Shown here: positions 60,835 through 64,000 of the stretch, piece by piece
How the letters are laid out: every line of letters starts with the position of its first letter
Position numbering within the stretch: position 1 is the first letter of the stretch
Origin: Octopus vulgaris
Taxonomy: Eukaryota
DNA length: 64,000 bases
Assembly (NCBI GenBank): GCA_951406725.2
Contig: OX597814.1
Coordinates: 117,118,001-117,182,000 of the forward strand
Reading direction: 5' to 3'
Notes under the pieces: model-generated
Told to the model about the DNA's origin: nothing
Seen by the model: the letters and a program-made list of their open reading frames with translations, nothing else
The model's database searches: none
Made by a program: the position numbers and the translations under genes

Positions 60835-61240
60835 GTCAAGACCTACCAAAAACTGAGCATAAAGATCTTGAAACAGAAATTGGCAAAATGCGGAACCTCA
60901 AGAATAAAACAATAGCTGTTGTCATAAGTGCACTAGGAATGATAGATTACGGGGCTGAATCCTACTTAGCTCAGTTACGAAGAAACCCCCCAAATAGCCG
61001 AAATTCAAAAGATACTGCTGAAAGGAACTGCCTATATCCTACGTAATATACTGTCTATGTAATCTCAAATTTTAAAATAAACTTATAATTTTCTTATGTT
61101 TTCTTAAACATTCTTCCTATGTGCAAACCCAAATATATGACACCTAAGCATAACTCCAATATAAACTTGTTGTCTCTTGGGGTCTCTTGGTGAAACTTGG
61201 AGTAAATTTCTACAAATACAAAGCAAAAATCAAACATATA
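60835..61240 (+). mobile_element. R4/Dong-like 3' fragment between (AAT)n tracts
   Basis: Similar to 63590-63803. Confidence 0.7.
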
Positions 61241-61257
61241 ATAATAATAATGATTTT

Positions 61258-61448
61258 TTGTTATTATTGCCTACAAGGGAACGAACATAGAGGGGACACA
61301 CAAGGACAGACAAAGGGATTAAGTCGCTTACATCGACCCCAGGGCGTTACTGGTACTTAATTTATCGATCCTGAAAGGATGAAAGACAAAGTCGACCTCG
61401 GCGGAATTTGAACTCAGAACGCAACAGCAAACGAAATAATACAAAGCA
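61258..61448 (-). mobile_element. SINE family B, 5'-truncated
   Basis: Matches 11960-12150. Confidence 0.8.
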
Positions 61449-61453
61449 TAATG

Positions 61454-61511
<58 letters not shown>

Positions 61512-61578
61512 TAACAATAACAACAACAACAATTATAACAATAACAACAACGACAATAATAATACTAATAACATTAAA

Positions 61579-61639
<61 letters not shown>

Positions 61640-61644
<5 letters not shown>

Positions 61645-63980
61645 ATTTAATAGCATTATGAATAACCCGGAAAAAACACCACGTTGGATGGCAAATGGTA
61701 TTACTTACCTCCTCCCCCAAAATAACAAAACGAAAGACCCAAAAAACTACCGGCCTATAACATGTTTATCTACTACCTATAAGATTTTGACATCTATTCT
61801 AGTAGAGAAAACATATACGTTTATGGAAGAGAATAACCTCTTTCCCACTGAACAAAAAGGATGCAGACGAGGCTCATACGGATGCAAAGATCAGCTCCTA
61901 ATTAATCGCATGATCCTTGAGAACTGCCATAACAAGCGCAGAAATCTCAGCTCTTCATAGATTGATTATAAAAAAGCCTTTGACAGCATACCACATTCGT
62001 GGATTCTGAAATCGCTGGACAATTTCAAAATATCTCCTGTGATTTCAGATTTTTTAAAGTATAATATGTCACTATGGAACACGAAGCTCCAATTATATCA
62101 TTCTAATGGAGTATTGCACAACATTAGCATAAACTGTGTAATTTTCCAAGGTGACTCACTTTGACCACTAATTTTCTGCATAGCACTAATACCACTCTTA
62201 AGTGAACTGATATGGCTACAAAATTGACAAGAAAATAATCCATCTATTTTATAAGGATGACTTAAAGCTATATGGCAAAGATGATGAAGAGCTTCAAGGA
62301 TTATTACATACTGTGAAAGGATTCTGTGATGATATCGGGATGGAGTTTGGCATTGAAAAGTGTGCCAAAGCCACTTTTAAGAAAGGGAAATTGGTAAAGT
62401 CTATTTCAATCGAATTAGATGTCGAAATAGTAATAAAGGAACTTGAGCTAGAACAAACCTATAAATACCTAGGAATAAATGAAGGCTCTGGTATCCAGCT
62501 TGCAAGCATGAAAGAGAAGGTTAGGAAAGAATGTTATAGAAGAGTTGGAGCAGCTCTGAAGTCTGAGCTGAATGCATATAATAAGGTTTTAGCCATAAAC
62601 TCTTTAGCAGTACCAGTTGTTCTTTATAGCTTCAATGTGCCTAACTGGAATACCAGTGAAATAATGAAAATTGACAGAAAAATCCGCAAGCTACTGACTT
62701 GTAATAAGATGCACCATCCAAAGGCAGACGTGGATCGCCTTTACCTTCCCAGAGCTCAGGGAGATCGAGGTTTGATCCAGCTTGAACTTACATACAAAAC
62801 CACCACAATCGGACTGGCCAAATACCTTGAAGCAACCAACGATTGGATGCTAACACTTGTTGAAAAACATGAAAGACCTAAAAAATGTCACTCTATTCTC
62901 AAAGAGAGCAAAAAATTCGCTGCTGATCTCTTAGATACCCACGAGATTGAGCAGGCTGAAGGAAATGCGTCAACTGCAGCTGCAAAGAAAATAAAATTAA
63001 TTGCAAAGACAAAAGCACATGAAAATTTAGCTAGCAGATGGGAACAGAAACCTCTCCATGGTAACTATGTGGCCTGTAGCAAACAAGCTGATATCGACCA
63101 GAAACAAACGCACCAAAGGTTACGAAGCTCAGGGCGAAAATCAGAGAGTGAAGGTTTCATATTAGCTGCTCAAGACCAAAGCTTATTAACCCGGGACTAC
63201 CAAACCAATGTCATAAAAAATGGAGCTGACCCAAAATGCCGATTCTGTAACGATGAGATTGAAACAATAGACCACCTAATCTCAGGGTGTAGAGTCTTAG
63301 CACCTGCAGAATATAAAGCAAAACATGACAGAGTCGGCCAGTATTTACATTGGACAATATGTCGGCATTATAAAATCAAAACCGCTGACAAATGGTATAG
63401 ACATCATCCTGAAGTTGTGACTGAGGAAGAAAATGTGTCGATTCTATGGGACTTCCCCGTGCAGATCGACAGGACTATAAAAGCTAATAAACCGGATATT
63501 ATTATAAAAGATCAGACAAAAAGGACGTGTTTATTAATTGACACGAGTATTCCCTGTGATCACAATATAGCGGCGAAATAATTTGACAAGATTAGTAAAT
63601 ATAAAGACCTGCTAATAGGAATTGAAAAAATGTTGCATCTCAAGGCAACTACAGTACCAGTGATTGTAGGATCTCTAGGAATGATAAAAAAAGATACTGA
63701 AACCTATTCGAAAATGATTCCAGGTTTACCATCCCTACAGGAAGTGGAAAAAATCGTATTAACTGGAACGGCTCATGTACTGAGAAGAGCACTATCGCTG
63801 TGAAAATAACATCCATCCATGAATTTATTTATTTATTAATTTTTAAATACATATTTTATCTGTGAACTTCCGTGTGTAATCTGGGAATGCATACAATGCC
63901 CTTCTCTGCCCTAGGTGTATGGAAAGCACTCGGCGAGAAACGGAAGAAAATTTGAAGAAAGAAGGAAAGAACATAACAAT
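61640..63980 (+). mobile_element. 5'-truncated R4/Dong-clade LINE (RT + CCHC + RLE), disrupted
   Basis: NYRPITCL, IDYKKAFDS, FQGDSL, YKDDLKL, YKYLG, CRFC..ETIDHLISGC, KHD, KPDIII..LLID; (AAT)n on both sides. Confidence 0.92.
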
Positions 63981-64000
63981 AATAATAATAATAATAATAA

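Overview
AT-rich, microsatellite-dense eukaryotic DNA. The repeat inventory resembles that of octopus/cephalopods; this is an inference. No intact host gene is supported. The window is mostly retroelement debris: Penelope-like (PLE) RT/GIY-YIG, RTE, L1/Tx1, CR1-like and R4/Dong LINEs, several tRNA-derived SINE families, a Helitron, a hAT transposase remnant and a Tigger-like MITE. Two things lie outside the ORF track. (1) The 'unique' AT-rich blocks at ~24.6-27.5 kb and ~50.9-58 kb read on the minus strand as a stop/frameshift-ridden fossil of a negative-strand RNA virus. They carry colinear Mononegavirales/Jingchuvirales-type L polymerase motifs, with weaker glycoprotein- and nucleoprotein-like segments upstream. 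(2) At least a dozen minimal type I hammerhead ribozyme motifs sit in PLE-derived, often fold-back elements inserted in (TA)n. They include U3-A8 core variants and a tRNA-headed, hammerhead-tailed SINE-like element. All motif calls were made by eye and need profile searches.
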